Assembly (NCBI GenBank): GCA_023381255.1
Contig: JAMCTX010000002.1
Location: 2,477-66,476, forward strand
Reading direction: 5' to 3'
Length of the DNA: 64,000 nucleotides
Source of the DNA: Nitrososphaerota archaeon
Lineage (GTDB): Archaea; Thermoproteota; Nitrososphaeria; Conexivisphaerales; UBA164
Numbering within the stretch: the first letter of the stretch is position 1; every line of letters starts with the position of its first letter. Shown here one piece after another: positions 36,747 through 46,762 of this stretch. The translations under genes and the position numbers were made by a program. The notes below the pieces were generated by a model. That model was not told the origin of the DNA, made no database searches, and worked only from the letters and a program-made list of their open reading frames with translations.

Positions 36747-37758
36747 AAACCTCCTTTACCATCTTTGATATTTTAACCGGATCGTGAGCAGTTGAAACCT
36801 TTTCAAGTGCACGCTTTGACATGTCGGATCTTAGACTGTCGCTGTCAATTAGCTTTAGAAGCCTATCATGCAATGCATCATCGCTACTGCCGGAAAATCC
36901 ATTTACTCCATCATCAATAATTTCTCCTAGCGCACCGGCTCTTGAGCTAACAACCGGAACTCCGTGAGCAAGAGCCTCAAGGGCCGCAATCCCGTAAGCC
37001 TCTTCCCTTGTTGGGAACAGAAAAATATCAGCAATAGGAAATATCCGGTTGTCAAGAAAGGCAGATGAAACTGATGAATAATATTTCAGCCATTCATGCT
37101 TGTCCGGAACGCCTTTTCCAACGTAAAGCATCCTAACCCCTTTTCTTTCCCGGGAGATTCTTTCCATTATTTTTAAAGCGGAATCGCCACCTTTTCTCTT
37201 CAAGTCCCTGCCAATGAACAGCACATTTATTCCGTCATGCTCCGATTTGAACGGTTTGGTTTCATAAGGCAGGGGTATGATTTTTATCTTTTCCTTCCCA
37301 ACCCCATCGTTTCTAAATCCTCTGCCTGCCCACTGTGACCAAGTGATTATAAATTCCGCCTCGTTCAGAACAGCACCCAGCATGCTTGCCACCTTTTCGC
37401 CGAACCCGTTCTTTATTTTCATATAATCCATTATTGCCTGCGATGGCGACTGGTCATTTTCATGTATCCAAGGCCTTCTGTACCTGTAAAACGTCCAAAA
37501 AAAAGAATGTATGAATTTTGCGTCAGTATTGACAACCTGTGAGCGCAAAAAAAGGGCCTTTACCAGCATGTAAAAGCTGGTCATTTTATTAAACGTGATG
37601 TTCCTGATGTAATTTGATTGGGAGAATTTATCTGTCATTATTTCATACGTATACCCGGGCACTCCATACTTTATTCTAAGGCCAGGTCCGCTTTTCAGCT
37701 TTCCAGTGATTGTATCTCTTTCTGTAACCAACAGGACTCTTGTGCCCAAGCTATGCAT
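36733..37758 (-). CDS. GT4 glycosyltransferase
   Basis: 'EAYGIAALEALAHGVPVV', 'RKGG'. Confidence 0.88.
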   Translation of the reverse strand: MHSLGTRVLLVTERDTITGKLKSGPGLRIKYGVPGYTYEIMTDKFSQSNYIRNITFNKMTSFYMLVKALFLRSQVVNTDAKFIHSFFWTFYRYRRPWIHENDQSPSQAIMDYMKIKNGFGEKVASMLGAVLNEAEFIITWSQWAGRGFRNDGVGKEKIKIIPLPYETKPFKSEHDGINVLFIGRDLKRKGGDSALKIMERISRERKGVRMLYVGKGVPDKHEWLKYYSSVSSAFLDNRIFPIADIFLFPTREEAYGIAALEALAHGVPVVSSRAGALGEIIDDGVNGFSGSSDDALHDRLLKLIDSDSLRSDMSKRALEKVSTAHDPVKISKMVKEVYDKI

Positions 37759-37866
37759 ACCACATAAATCATCCGTTTATAAATAATTTTATGAACGTGA
37801 TAATGCCTCGGACCTTTCAGCAAAATCGCTCGTAAAGCTTATTATTATGTGCTTATTCAAGAGCTT

Positions 37867-38118
37867 ATGCTGGTATTTGTAAATATATTCGTGGAGTCCC
37901 CAATGATGGACACAGTGCTGTCTTCGTTAACCAGTATACCTGAAGTTGTGGAACTGTATGAAGTCACAGGCGAATTTGACATAATATCCCTTGTGATGTG
38001 CAGGGACATAGAGGATTTCAGGCATATACTTAAGGACAAAATATTGAAAATAAACGGCGTCAAGAGCACCGTAAGCGCCGTTGTGCTGCATGTTCACAAG
38101 GGCGACAAAGAAGAGTAA
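37867..38118 (+). CDS. Stand-alone Lrp/AsnC ligand-binding domain protein
   Basis: 'YEVTGEFDII'; no HTH. Confidence 0.85.
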   Translation: MLVFVNIFVESPMMDTVLSSLTSIPEVVELYEVTGEFDIISLVMCRDIEDFRHILKDKILKINGVKSTVSAVVLHVHKGDKEE

Positions 38119-39038
38119 TGAGCGTGCAGAAGGCATGTTCCAGATGCGGGAAGCCGGCCTTCTACTTTAAGCCATACTCAGGGGAGTATCTGTGCAAAAA
38201 ATGCTTCGTAAAATCGATTTATGAACTGACGCTGAAAGCGATAAGAAAGCACCAGATGATAAAATACCATGACAGGATAGGAATTGCCGTATCTGGGGGC
38301 AAGGACAGCATATCGCTTCTTTATATAATAGCCAAGTTCTTCAAGGACAATGAAATAGTGGCCATAACTCTTGATGAAGGAATAGAGGGTTACAGGAATG
38401 AAGCCATCATGATAGTGGAAGACATGGTGGCCAAATTAAACATAAAAAACGTCGTGTATAAGTATAAGGACATGTTTGGCTATACCGTTGATGATGTCCA
38501 ACCCATTAGAAAAGAAACATCTTCATGCACAATATGTGGAATATTCAGGAGGAGGGGGCTTGATATGGTTGCAAAGGAACTTGGCCTGGATGTTTTGCTC
38601 ACTGCGCACAACCTTGACGACTTGCTTCAGAGTTACCTTATCATGCTATTTAACGGTGATATCAATAAAATGATGACGTTTTCTCCGGCTGTAGAGGCTT
38701 CGGAAGCCTTTGGGATAACCAAGGCCCACCCCCTTATGTATGTTTATGAAAAGGAAATGAGCATGTTCACATACCTAAAGGGATTCAAAATGCAGACGGT
38801 AACGTGCCCGTACATGAATCAGGGGATAAGGTCAGAAGTGAGGGAGTACCTCAACAGAATGGAAGAGGAACATCCGGGGATCAAATACCAGATGCTGAAT
38901 TCTTTTATCAGGCTGAGAAATGCTAACGGCAGCGCTTCTGGCGGATTCTGCAAAAACTGCGGGTGGCCAGCCAGGGGCGGTGTATGCCAGGTATGCAAAA
39001 CAGTGGAAAAGCTGAATATGAATAAATTGAAGGTGTAA
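38118..39038 (+). CDS. tRNA 2-thiolation enzyme (Ncs6/TtuA family)
   Basis: 'SGGKDS', 'CTICGIFRR', 'HNLDD', 'CPY'; terminal Zn fingers. Confidence 0.9.
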   Translation: MSVQKACSRCGKPAFYFKPYSGEYLCKKCFVKSIYELTLKAIRKHQMIKYHDRIGIAVSGGKDSISLLYIIAKFFKDNEIVAITLDEGIEGYRNEAIMIVEDMVAKLNIKNVVYKYKDMFGYTVDDVQPIRKETSSCTICGIFRRRGLDMVAKELGLDVLLTAHNLDDLLQSYLIMLFNGDINKMMTFSPAVEASEAFGITKAHPLMYVYEKEMSMFTYLKGFKMQTVTCPYMNQGIRSEVREYLNRMEEEHPGIKYQMLNSFIRLRNANGSASGGFCKNCGWPARGGVCQVCKTVEKLNMNKLKV

Positions 39039-39044
39039 AGCAGG

Positions 39045-40013
39045 TTGTCCATCCTCCTTGCGCTATTTTCCATCGTGTTGACTTTTTTTGTAGTGCTACT
39101 GCTCTCGATTTTTTTTGAGAAATTGCTTACCAGAATGGGTTTGATGGTGCCTGACGCCCATAAGCCGGATAAAAAAATGGTGCCAAGACCCGGGGGACCG
39201 GCTATCTACATAGGAATCATAATTGTAATATTCATCGTTGTCAGGAATATAACTGTAATAGCCTTGGTTGCATCGGCATCAATAGCCCTGCTTGCCGGGC
39301 TGTTTGATGACTTTTTCAGGTTTGGCGGCATTGAAAAACCAGTGCTTACGGCCATAGCTGCAGCGCCGTTTATAATACTTGGAACCTACAATCCTAACCC
39401 GTATGTTCCATTCGTGGGGACAGTGACAATCAAAATACTTTACCCGTTGCTTCTTATAGCCGGATTTTCGATATATTCTAACGCCACAAACATGCTTGAC
39501 ATATACAACGGGCTTCTCACAGGAAGCATGATACTGGCCACGGTGCCGCTTTCCTTTTATTTCTACATAAGGGGGGAGTACCAGATACTTCTCATTTCTT
39601 TGATTTTTATTGCAGGCCTTTCAGGGTTCCTCGTAAGGCATGTATATCCATCCAAATTGTTCCCCGGGGACAGCGGCACGCTGTTTATCGGGGCATTTTA
39701 CTTTGCATTGATGGTTTTAGGCAGGGCGGAAATTATCGGTGTTATTGCAACTCTGCCACTGATCTTTAACGGATTTTTCATACTCACTTCAATAAGGGGA
39801 TTCAAGGAGCATTCAAAAGTCCAGCGCCCGGTCATTATTACAAACGAAGGAAAAATCCTTGCCGTTAAAGGCAGGGGAGTGCCAATAACCCTTGCCAGGC
39901 TTTTTGCCTCCGAAGGCGCAGTCACTGAGAAGGAAATTATTAACGGCGTATGGCTGATGTTTGCTGTTTCAGCACTTCTTTCAATATTTACGGCGCTGGT
40001 GTTCTTCAAATGA
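39045..40013 (+). CDS. UDP-GlcNAc:dolichol-phosphate GlcNAc-1-P transferase (AglH/MraY family)
   Basis: 'DAHK', 'GLFDD', 'NATNMLDIYNGL', 'FPGDSG'. Confidence 0.85.
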   Translation: MSILLALFSIVLTFFVVLLLSIFFEKLLTRMGLMVPDAHKPDKKMVPRPGGPAIYIGIIIVIFIVVRNITVIALVASASIALLAGLFDDFFRFGGIEKPVLTAIAAAPFIILGTYNPNPYVPFVGTVTIKILYPLLLIAGFSIYSNATNMLDIYNGLLTGSMILATVPLSFYFYIRGEYQILLISLIFIAGLSGFLVRHVYPSKLFPGDSGTLFIGAFYFALMVLGRAEIIGVIATLPLIFNGFFILTSIRGFKEHSKVQRPVIITNEGKILAVKGRGVPITLARLFASEGAVTEKEIINGVWLMFAVSALLSIFTALVFFK

Positions 40014-40234
40014 AAAAGCCGGCGCTGGTGCTAATTGCTGTAGTAGTGGTTTCATGGATGCTTTTGCTCCTATCTTTTTTTGGAATGGCAATGGCGTTTA
40101 AACTGACGGCCGGCCTTCACGGCCTGAGTATAACAATTATAAGGGACCTGCTGGGGCTTTTACTCTTTGCCATATGGGCGGCCCTTTTCTTCATAATGAG
40201 GCAGCTTGCTGCAAAGGCATTAAAGCTGTATTGA
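40010..40234 (+). CDS. Small membrane protein
   Basis: Two TM helices; overlaps the upstream stop. Confidence 0.6.
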   Translation: MKKPALVLIAVVVVSWMLLLLSFFGMAMAFKLTAGLHGLSITIIRDLLGLLLFAIWAALFFIMRQLAAKALKLY

Positions 40235-40465
40235 GGTTGCAAATTTTGAACTGGATGGCCTCAGAAAAGTGCCATCATAAATTGCTTAAATATCGGCGAG
40301 ATATAGCGGTAGTTATGAACAGGAAGGGGCAGGATACAATTTCAGGTGCGTCAAAGCTTCCAGCCGGTTATCGTGCAAAATTGGCGTCTAAATTTGATAA
40401 CTTCATGCCGCAGCCATTTTTTGGCGCAGGATGGCAGCCCCCATTAACATCCCAGGTGATAGCCT

Positions 40466-41347
40466 ATGCCCCATTATAGAAAGCTCCAAAAAATAGGGGG
40501 CTCATCGTATTTTATAACCCTCCCCAAGAGCTGGGTTCAGAAAAATTCGCTTGATAAAAACGCAATAATCTCGCTTACAGAAAGCGCAACTGGTGATCTG
40601 ATAGTTACGCCTCAAAATTTTACAGAAAGTGTCAGGACAGCCAATTTGACCTTAAATAAAACTAATTATGATGTGATGGTCAGGATGGCAGCTTCAGCAT
40701 ATATAAACGGATGCACAGAAATGACCATCTCGTCTCCAGATAAACAAAGCCTGAAAAACATTGAAAAATACATACAGAGCAGGTTTCCCGGCTTTATACT
40801 GACCAGGGAGGGGGATGACTTCTTTTCAATGAAGTTTGTGGTGGATTTAACCTCTGTAAATTTTATGGAGCTTTTCGAGCGGATGGACAGGCTGACCTCG
40901 TTCATGTGCGACGAAATAGCCGATGCAGGCGCGTTAAAGGATTATGACATAGAGGTTGACAGCCTGTACTTTTTATTGATAAGGATACTCAGAACGGCCA
41001 TAATGGACAGCTCCCTGGTCAAGGTGATAGGCCTCACACCGGTTCAAATACTTGATTTCAGGCTTGTGCTCCACGCTTTAGAGAGATTCGGAGATGAGCT
41101 TGTAGTTTTGTCCGGCCGGCCTGTTGAACAATCGATGCAAAAAATAAAGGAATTAAAGGAAGGGGCCATAAAGGCATTCAACGGAAATCCGGGCATTGTC
41201 CCAAGCAAAATTGAAGATTTAAAGGCAGATGCTTATAGCTCGCTCGATGCCGCTGACCATGACAGCAAACCCCACCTGTGGAGACTGATAGAGCTGGCCT
41301 CTGACATAGCTGATCTTTCAGAAACTCTTTACAAGTTCAACGTTTAA
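40466..41347 (+). CDS. AbrB-PhoU phosphate-uptake regulator
   Basis: 'RKLQKIGGSSYFITLPKSWV', 'EVDSLYFL', 'LERFGD'. Confidence 0.85.
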   Translation: MPHYRKLQKIGGSSYFITLPKSWVQKNSLDKNAIISLTESATGDLIVTPQNFTESVRTANLTLNKTNYDVMVRMAASAYINGCTEMTISSPDKQSLKNIEKYIQSRFPGFILTREGDDFFSMKFVVDLTSVNFMELFERMDRLTSFMCDEIADAGALKDYDIEVDSLYFLLIRILRTAIMDSSLVKVIGLTPVQILDFRLVLHALERFGDELVVLSGRPVEQSMQKIKELKEGAIKAFNGNPGIVPSKIEDLKADAYSSLDAADHDSKPHLWRLIELASDIADLSETLYKFNV

Positions 41348-41381
41348 TCACAGATATTCAGAAATCTTTTTAATCACATAC

Positions 41382-41951
41382 ATGAATGGAGATAACGTGC
41401 AAGCGTATCCCGGTGATAATCTGGCAGTGATCGAGGAATTTGAGCCATTGGGCGATTATTTTATTGAAAATGGTCAAATAATTGCGTCCAAGGTTTCCAA
41501 GGTAAAAAAGGATAAAACAAATAAACAAATAGAAGTGCTGGGGCTGGTCAGGAAATATATCAGGAAAGGCGATATTGTAACAGGGCAGGTAGATTATATG
41601 CAAAAGCCGTTCGCGCACGTTATAATATTTAGGGTAAACGACAAAAAACTATACGGGGACATCAAGGCAATGCTTTACTTTGATCCAGACCTGAGATTGG
41701 CACCTTTTAATGAAGGAGCCATAATCCGGGCCAGAGTGATAGGGCTTACAGCAGGCCATTTGATGATTGACATACAGGATGAGGAGATGGGCGTACTTGA
41801 AGCTAAGTGCCCAAATTGCGGGGGGCCGCTGGTAAAAAGGGGTAGGAACATGCTGCGATGCTTAAAATGCGGAAAGAGCTCGTTCATGAAACTGGCACCT
41901 GATTTCTATTCAAGCAAAGCAAGGCACATTAATTACAGCAATATTTTTTAA
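41382..41951 (+). CDS. csl4: Exosome complex RNA-binding protein Csl4
   Basis: 'YPGDNLAVIEEF'; S1 domain; 'GVLEAKCPNCG...CLKC'. Confidence 0.88.
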   Translation: MNGDNVQAYPGDNLAVIEEFEPLGDYFIENGQIIASKVSKVKKDKTNKQIEVLGLVRKYIRKGDIVTGQVDYMQKPFAHVIIFRVNDKKLYGDIKAMLYFDPDLRLAPFNEGAIIRARVIGLTAGHLMIDIQDEEMGVLEAKCPNCGGPLVKRGRNMLRCLKCGKSSFMKLAPDFYSSKARHINYSNIF

Positions 41952-41973
41952 AAGGCGGATTTAAACACATATA

Positions 41974-43047
41974 ATGAGCGACGATCAGAACGATATTATC
42001 GAAAGGCTCAAGAAAGTTATCGACCCCGAGCTGAACAAGGACATTGTTTCGCTGGGATTTATAAAAAATGTAAAGGTTGATGCAAAACAGGTGAGCATTG
42101 ATCTTAACCTTACTTCCCCAGCCTGCCCGTTTCTGGAAACCATAGTATCAGATATCAATAAAACACTAGAAGGGTATTTTGTAAATATCAACCTGGGGTA
42201 CATAGTGCCTTCAGGGGCACTGACCAGAAAGCAGGGCATCCAGAAGGTGAAAAATATAATAGGCATAGGCAGCGGCAAAGGCGGGGTTGGAAAATCAACA
42301 ATTGCAATTTTAACCGCACTGGCACTGAAGGAAACGGGTGCCAGGGTTGGAATCCTTGACGCTGATTTTTACGGGGCCACCATTCCTTCAATGCTTGGAG
42401 CAATAGAGCAGCCAAACGTTAATGAAAACCAAATGGTTGAACCGGTGGAATATTATGGAATGAAGATAATTTCGATGTCTTATTTTCTACCCCCCGGTGC
42501 AAGCCTGATCTGGAGAGGACCGCTCCTTGCCAAGGCGATAGATGATTTTGTTACAAAGGTGGAATGGGGCGAACTGGATTACCTTGTTATTGACATGCCT
42601 CCCGGCACGGGGGATGTGCCGCTTACCTTCTCGCAGGAAAGGTTGATAAACGCGGCGGTAATTGTAAGCACACCCCAGCCAGCCGCGTTGAACGTGGCAT
42701 TGAAAATGGTGGACGTTTTCAACAAGCTCAATGTCCCGATTGTCGGCATTATTGAAAACATGAGTTACCTGATTTGCCCGGGAAGCAATGAAAGGGTTGA
42801 CCTGTTTGGCCAGGGTGTAGTTGAAAAGAAGGCAAAGGAGATCGGCATAGATTATCTCGGTTCCATGCCATTGCTTCCCAAGTTAAGGGAGGCTGAGGAT
42901 GTGGGCCTCAATCTGGATCAGATGGCGGATGTGATTAAAATGTATGTGCCAATTGCCAAAAAGATGGCCGGAAGGATAAGCATAATAGACTTTAACGCCA
43001 AAGACAAGCCGTTTTTCCTGAATCTGCAGAAAAAGCCCAAACAGTGA
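41974..43047 (+). CDS. Mrp/Nbp35 (ApbC) Fe-S cluster carrier ATPase
   Basis: 'VIDPEL', 'SGKGGVGKST', 'WRGP', 'DMPPGTGD', 'ENMS'. Confidence 0.92.
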   Translation: MSDDQNDIIERLKKVIDPELNKDIVSLGFIKNVKVDAKQVSIDLNLTSPACPFLETIVSDINKTLEGYFVNINLGYIVPSGALTRKQGIQKVKNIIGIGSGKGGVGKSTIAILTALALKETGARVGILDADFYGATIPSMLGAIEQPNVNENQMVEPVEYYGMKIISMSYFLPPGASLIWRGPLLAKAIDDFVTKVEWGELDYLVIDMPPGTGDVPLTFSQERLINAAVIVSTPQPAALNVALKMVDVFNKLNVPIVGIIENMSYLICPGSNERVDLFGQGVVEKKAKEIGIDYLGSMPLLPKLREAEDVGLNLDQMADVIKMYVPIAKKMAGRISIIDFNAKDKPFFLNLQKKPKQ

Positions 43048-43058
43048 TGCCTCAGGGA

Positions 43059-44426
43059 TTATTTTTCAGTTTCAGACATAATTTTCTCAGCAGCTTCAAT
43101 GCCAGATACCCCGCTTGAGGCCACGCCAACGCCGTTGTAAGGCGCTCCAGCGAGATACATGTTCGGTGGTACAGTTTCGTTTATTTTTTTAATTAATTCG
43201 GAATGGCCTATTGCGTAAACGGGAAGGGCTGAATCCCAGACCTTTACAGAGGATTTTTCAGGATAGCCTTCTGTTATTCCTATTTGAGCCAATTCCTCGG
43301 CGGCGCTTTGCGTATAATATTCCTCCGGTTTTAAAGGATCCCTGTTTATAAAACACCTTATCAGTTCATGGTCTTTCATCCTGGCATAGCTCCATTTGCG
43401 GCTCATCAGAGTGCACCCGCGAAGTTTAAACCCAGAATTGCTTGGCACCAAAAAGCCAGAAAACTTTTCGTGCAATCTGACAGAAGCCTCTTTGTAAACC
43501 AGATTTGCAGTGGTTATGCCCGAATATTTTATAGACGACAGCAAAAAGCTTAGATTTTTATCAATGTCACGCACAAGTTTCGAGGCAACATAAGAAGGGA
43601 CGGCCATGATCAGCCTGCTGCATTTTATTCTATCTGTCTCGGTGTTTATATTCCAGTTGCCGTTCATATATTCAACGCTTTTAACTGCCATGCCGGTAAT
43701 TATTTTAACCCCGTTTTTTTCAGCATACTTTCTGAGCATTTCGACAATGCCACGCAGGCCATTTAAAGTGGATGTTATTTTGAAGTGCCTGGTTCCCCGT
43801 TTCCTGCTAAAGTAAATTGAAAGGCTCTTGCCATCCTTTGCAACCTGGTAGATGTATGGAACATAAGACCTGGAGCTTATTATCGAAATATCTGCTCCCA
43901 TTATGCCCCCAAACAGGGGGTCAATCACGTTTTTTGTGAATTCCGACCCGAATTTTTTTTCGAATAATGCTCTGATGCTCAGATCGTCTGAAAGGCCGTT
44001 TATTTTAAAAAACGGCTCTAGCATGGCGCGGGCATATCCTTTTGGCGAAAGAAGACCTGAAGTTACAAAATTATATATATCGTTCAAATTAAATGACGGT
44101 ATGCCGGTTATCAGCGATTCTGGGAATCTCCTTAGCCTGTTTCTGGAATATATATAAAATCTTGACGTTTCCGGGTATATTAAACTGTCAAATACATTCG
44201 CACGAGTTAAAAGCTCGTCAAATTTTTTATAACCGGTAATCAATTCGTCAGGGCCTTCCTCAGTCAGGGTTTCTGTTAAGCTCAAAGTCCTGATTTTGCC
44301 GCCGAGCTCGTTTTGGGATTCCAGTAACAGGATTTTTCTGCCAGCTTCAGCTAGCTTTATTGAAGCCGACAGGCCTGATATCCCGCCGCCTATTACTACA
44401 GCATCATATTTCTGATTGCCCAGCAC
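43059..44426 (-). CDS. hemY: Protoporphyrinogen/coproporphyrinogen oxidase (HemY-type flavoprotein)
   Basis: 'IGGGISGL', 'GGKIRT', 'EEGPD', 'GFLVP', 'ALPVYAIGH', 'YNGVGV'. Confidence 0.8.
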   Translation of the reverse strand: MLGNQKYDAVVIGGGISGLSASIKLAEAGRKILLLESQNELGGKIRTLSLTETLTEEGPDELITGYKKFDELLTRANVFDSLIYPETSRFYIYSRNRLRRFPESLITGIPSFNLNDIYNFVTSGLLSPKGYARAMLEPFFKINGLSDDLSIRALFEKKFGSEFTKNVIDPLFGGIMGADISIISSRSYVPYIYQVAKDGKSLSIYFSRKRGTRHFKITSTLNGLRGIVEMLRKYAEKNGVKIITGMAVKSVEYMNGNWNINTETDRIKCSRLIMAVPSYVASKLVRDIDKNLSFLLSSIKYSGITTANLVYKEASVRLHEKFSGFLVPSNSGFKLRGCTLMSRKWSYARMKDHELIRCFINRDPLKPEEYYTQSAAEELAQIGITEGYPEKSSVKVWDSALPVYAIGHSELIKKINETVPPNMYLAGAPYNGVGVASSGVSGIEAAEKIMSETEK

Positions 44427-44490
44427 AGAAGCTTATCCAAATATATGGATAAAAAGTTTCCAATCATCGATTGCCATTGTGCACCGGGGC

Positions 44491-44524
44491 TGCATATCTT
44501 GCTAGATATCTAGCAAGATATGCA
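44491..44524. repeat. Perfect 34-bp palindrome
   Basis: TGCATATCTTGCTAGAT|ATCTAGCAAGATATGCA. Confidence 0.85.
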
Positions 44525-44541
44525 ATAAAGATGATCTTTAA

Positions 44542-45024
44542 CTACCTTTTATACCCTATTTTTCTTAAAAATTCCCTTCTTTCCTCTTTGTCCTGTGATT
44601 CTTCTATGCCCTTGGGCTTTATGCCGTCTATAATGCCCATTATGCCGCGCCCCTTTCCGTTGTCTGCGATTAAAATGGTTATCGGATTTGCAGTGGCTGC
44701 GTAAACATTCACGACTTCCTGAACGGCCTTTATCCGGTCAAGTATATTTATTGGGAAGCTGCCGTTCAAATAAATTATAAATGAATGGCCTGCCCCGATT
44801 AAACTGGCGCTGCTTACGGCCAGGTCAATACATTCTTTATCTGTCCCGTCAAATCTTATAAGTGCCTTCCCGCTTGATTCGCAGAAAGCCATGCCAAATT
44901 TTATTCCGGGCGAAGCGGTGACCACTGCTTCGTATATGTCCTCGACCGTTTTTATAAAGTGGGATTGGCCCAGAATTATATTATAACCCTCAGGGACGCT
45001 TAATTCCACTTCTTCTATATTCAT
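44542..45024 (-). CDS. Adenosine-specific kinase family (DUF355)
   Basis: 'NIILGQSHFIKTVEDIYE', 'FCESSG', 'GAGHSF', 'ATANP'. Confidence 0.88.
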   Translation of the reverse strand: MNIEEVELSVPEGYNIILGQSHFIKTVEDIYEAVVTASPGIKFGMAFCESSGKALIRFDGTDKECIDLAVSSASLIGAGHSFIIYLNGSFPINILDRIKAVQEVVNVYAATANPITILIADNGKGRGIMGIIDGIKPKGIEESQDKEERREFLRKIGYKR

Positions 45025-45122
45025 GAAATATAAAAACAAGCACAATTTAATATCCTTTGCGGAATCAATTAAAGTTCATAGAAAGGTTTAAGTTTATATA
45101 CGCAACCCTTTTAAAGAAGGAT

Positions 45123-45377
45123 ATGAGTGAAGAATTTGCAGTTAAAATCGGTCCCCCCAGGTTAACAAAATATGAATTTGCCAGAATTGTCGGTGCAAGG
45201 GCACTGATGCTGTCTTTTGGAGCCCCCTCATTTGTTCAGGGGAACTTCAAAAACACCTTTGAAATGGCAGAGTATGAAATAAGGCAGAAGGTATTGCCCA
45301 TAATAATAAGAAGGTCCCTGCCGACAAATGAATACCAGGATGTGCCGTTAAGGTTTCTCAACGTGCCCATTATTTAA
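45123..45377 (+). CDS. rpoK: RNA polymerase subunit Rpo6 (K)
   Basis: 'LTKYEFARIVGARAL.LS.GAP', 'LPIIIRR'. Confidence 0.92.
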   Translation: MSEEFAVKIGPPRLTKYEFARIVGARALMLSFGAPSFVQGNFKNTFEMAEYEIRQKVLPIIIRRSLPTNEYQDVPLRFLNVPII

Positions 45378-46163
45378 TATCGATTTTGTAAAAAAGTTTT
45401 TGATGTCGGATACATCATTTGGCCCCAGCTCCTTTTTGCTTCCAGCATCGGTAATGAGCTCTGAAATAAAAGACAGGGGCACCCTTTCAAACAATCCTAT
45501 GTTTATGCCCCTGTAATCAACCTTTAACGGCGGAGGCGGGAACCCTTCTGTTGCTTTATAGGATTCACCAACCGCCACCACCGGTAATTTTAGATGATTT
45601 GAAATGCAAACCAGCGGGAGGGAACCGACCTTGTTTGTGAGGTATCCGCCTGAATACAGGCCGTCAAACCCGATGACGGCATAATCGGAAAACTCAGCGA
45701 ACTGGGAAACAGATGAATCCGGGATGACGGTCACGTCCGCAAACTTGGAAAGTTCAGTTTTGGCTGTTTGAACTTCGTCCCCCGGGACTGATTCCATGAG
45801 GTAAATCCTCTTTATTCCGCTTGCCATTAAAAGCTCTTTAACTGCAGATGAATTGCTGATTGTGATTACGGTGTTTGCTTCTATCAAATTCTCAGAAATT
45901 TTCTTCCTGGCAATTTTTCCAAAGGCCTTTAAGTTATTTATAGCTTCTTTCAATCTGTCAGTGGGCATGGCGGACAGTATTTCAATTATATTTGATATTG
46001 AAGCCATTCCTGGCCTGACATCAGACAGGTTGTCTAGCGCTGCACTGATGTTTCCCACATATTTTTCAACATATTCTATGGACATCTCATAGTACCACGA
46101 TGAGCCGTGCACGTAATCCTTTTTCATGGATTCCAGCAATTCTTCTGCACTGAGCGAATTCAT
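45348..46163 (-). CDS. eIF-2B/ribose-1,5-bisphosphate isomerase-like family protein
   Basis: 'RPGMASI', 'TISNSSAV', 'ES.PG', 'NKVGS', 'FERVP', 'LITD.G'. Confidence 0.75.
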   Translation of the reverse strand: MNSLSAEELLESMKKDYVHGSSWYYEMSIEYVEKYVGNISAALDNLSDVRPGMASISNIIEILSAMPTDRLKEAINNLKAFGKIARKKISENLIEANTVITISNSSAVKELLMASGIKRIYLMESVPGDEVQTAKTELSKFADVTVIPDSSVSQFAEFSDYAVIGFDGLYSGGYLTNKVGSLPLVCISNHLKLPVVAVGESYKATEGFPPPPLKVDYRGINIGLFERVPLSFISELITDAGSKKELGPNDVSDIKNFFTKSILNNGHVEKP

Positions 46164-46747
46164 CAGTAGCTTCCTCCATTTTCATACGGAATTGTGCCCA
46201 GATTTAGCGTTTCAAGCAATGATTTTAATATCCTGTAAGTCATGCCCCATACGGTAATTCCGTCATACATGAGGGTCCAGTTTTCGTATGATCCTTTCAT
46301 TTTTTGTTTTAAAAGTGTTGTATCACGCAGGTCTAGCGGAAGCCAGTGAAAGCTTTCCAGCTCCTCCCTGCTTATTTTTACATCGCCGACTTCATGCGCT
46401 GTGAATACCACAGGTAAAACTCTTACCGAAAGTTCATTGGACGGCTTGTAGATTTCCATTACGCCCATAAAATTGGAACTGCCAAGGTCGATTCCCGTTT
46501 CTTCCAGCGTTTCCCGCATAGCTGTTCCTACAAGATCCCCATCAACGCTGCTGTATCTCCCGCCTGGAAATGCCACATCGCCGCTCCACGGGTCATCCTG
46601 ACGAGCAATTCTTTTGATCACCAGCGTGCTTTTCCTGCTGTCATCAATTATTATGGCAACAGCTGCCCACTGTCCTTCATTTGTCGGAATCGGTCTAATG
46701 CGCGATAATTTTTTAAAATCCAATACCGCCAAATTGGTTTTCACCAA
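46163..46747 (-). CDS. NUDIX hydrolase, CoA pyrophosphatase-like
   Basis: 'DPWSGDVAFPGG', 'RETLEETG', 'VWGMT'. Confidence 0.88.
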   Translation of the reverse strand: MVKTNLAVLDFKKLSRIRPIPTNEGQWAAVAIIIDDSRKSTLVIKRIARQDDPWSGDVAFPGGRYSSVDGDLVGTAMRETLEETGIDLGSSNFMGVMEIYKPSNELSVRVLPVVFTAHEVGDVKISREELESFHWLPLDLRDTTLLKQKMKGSYENWTLMYDGITVWGMTYRILKSLLETLNLGTIPYENGGSY

Positions 46748-46762
46748 ATAAAAGCATTTATC

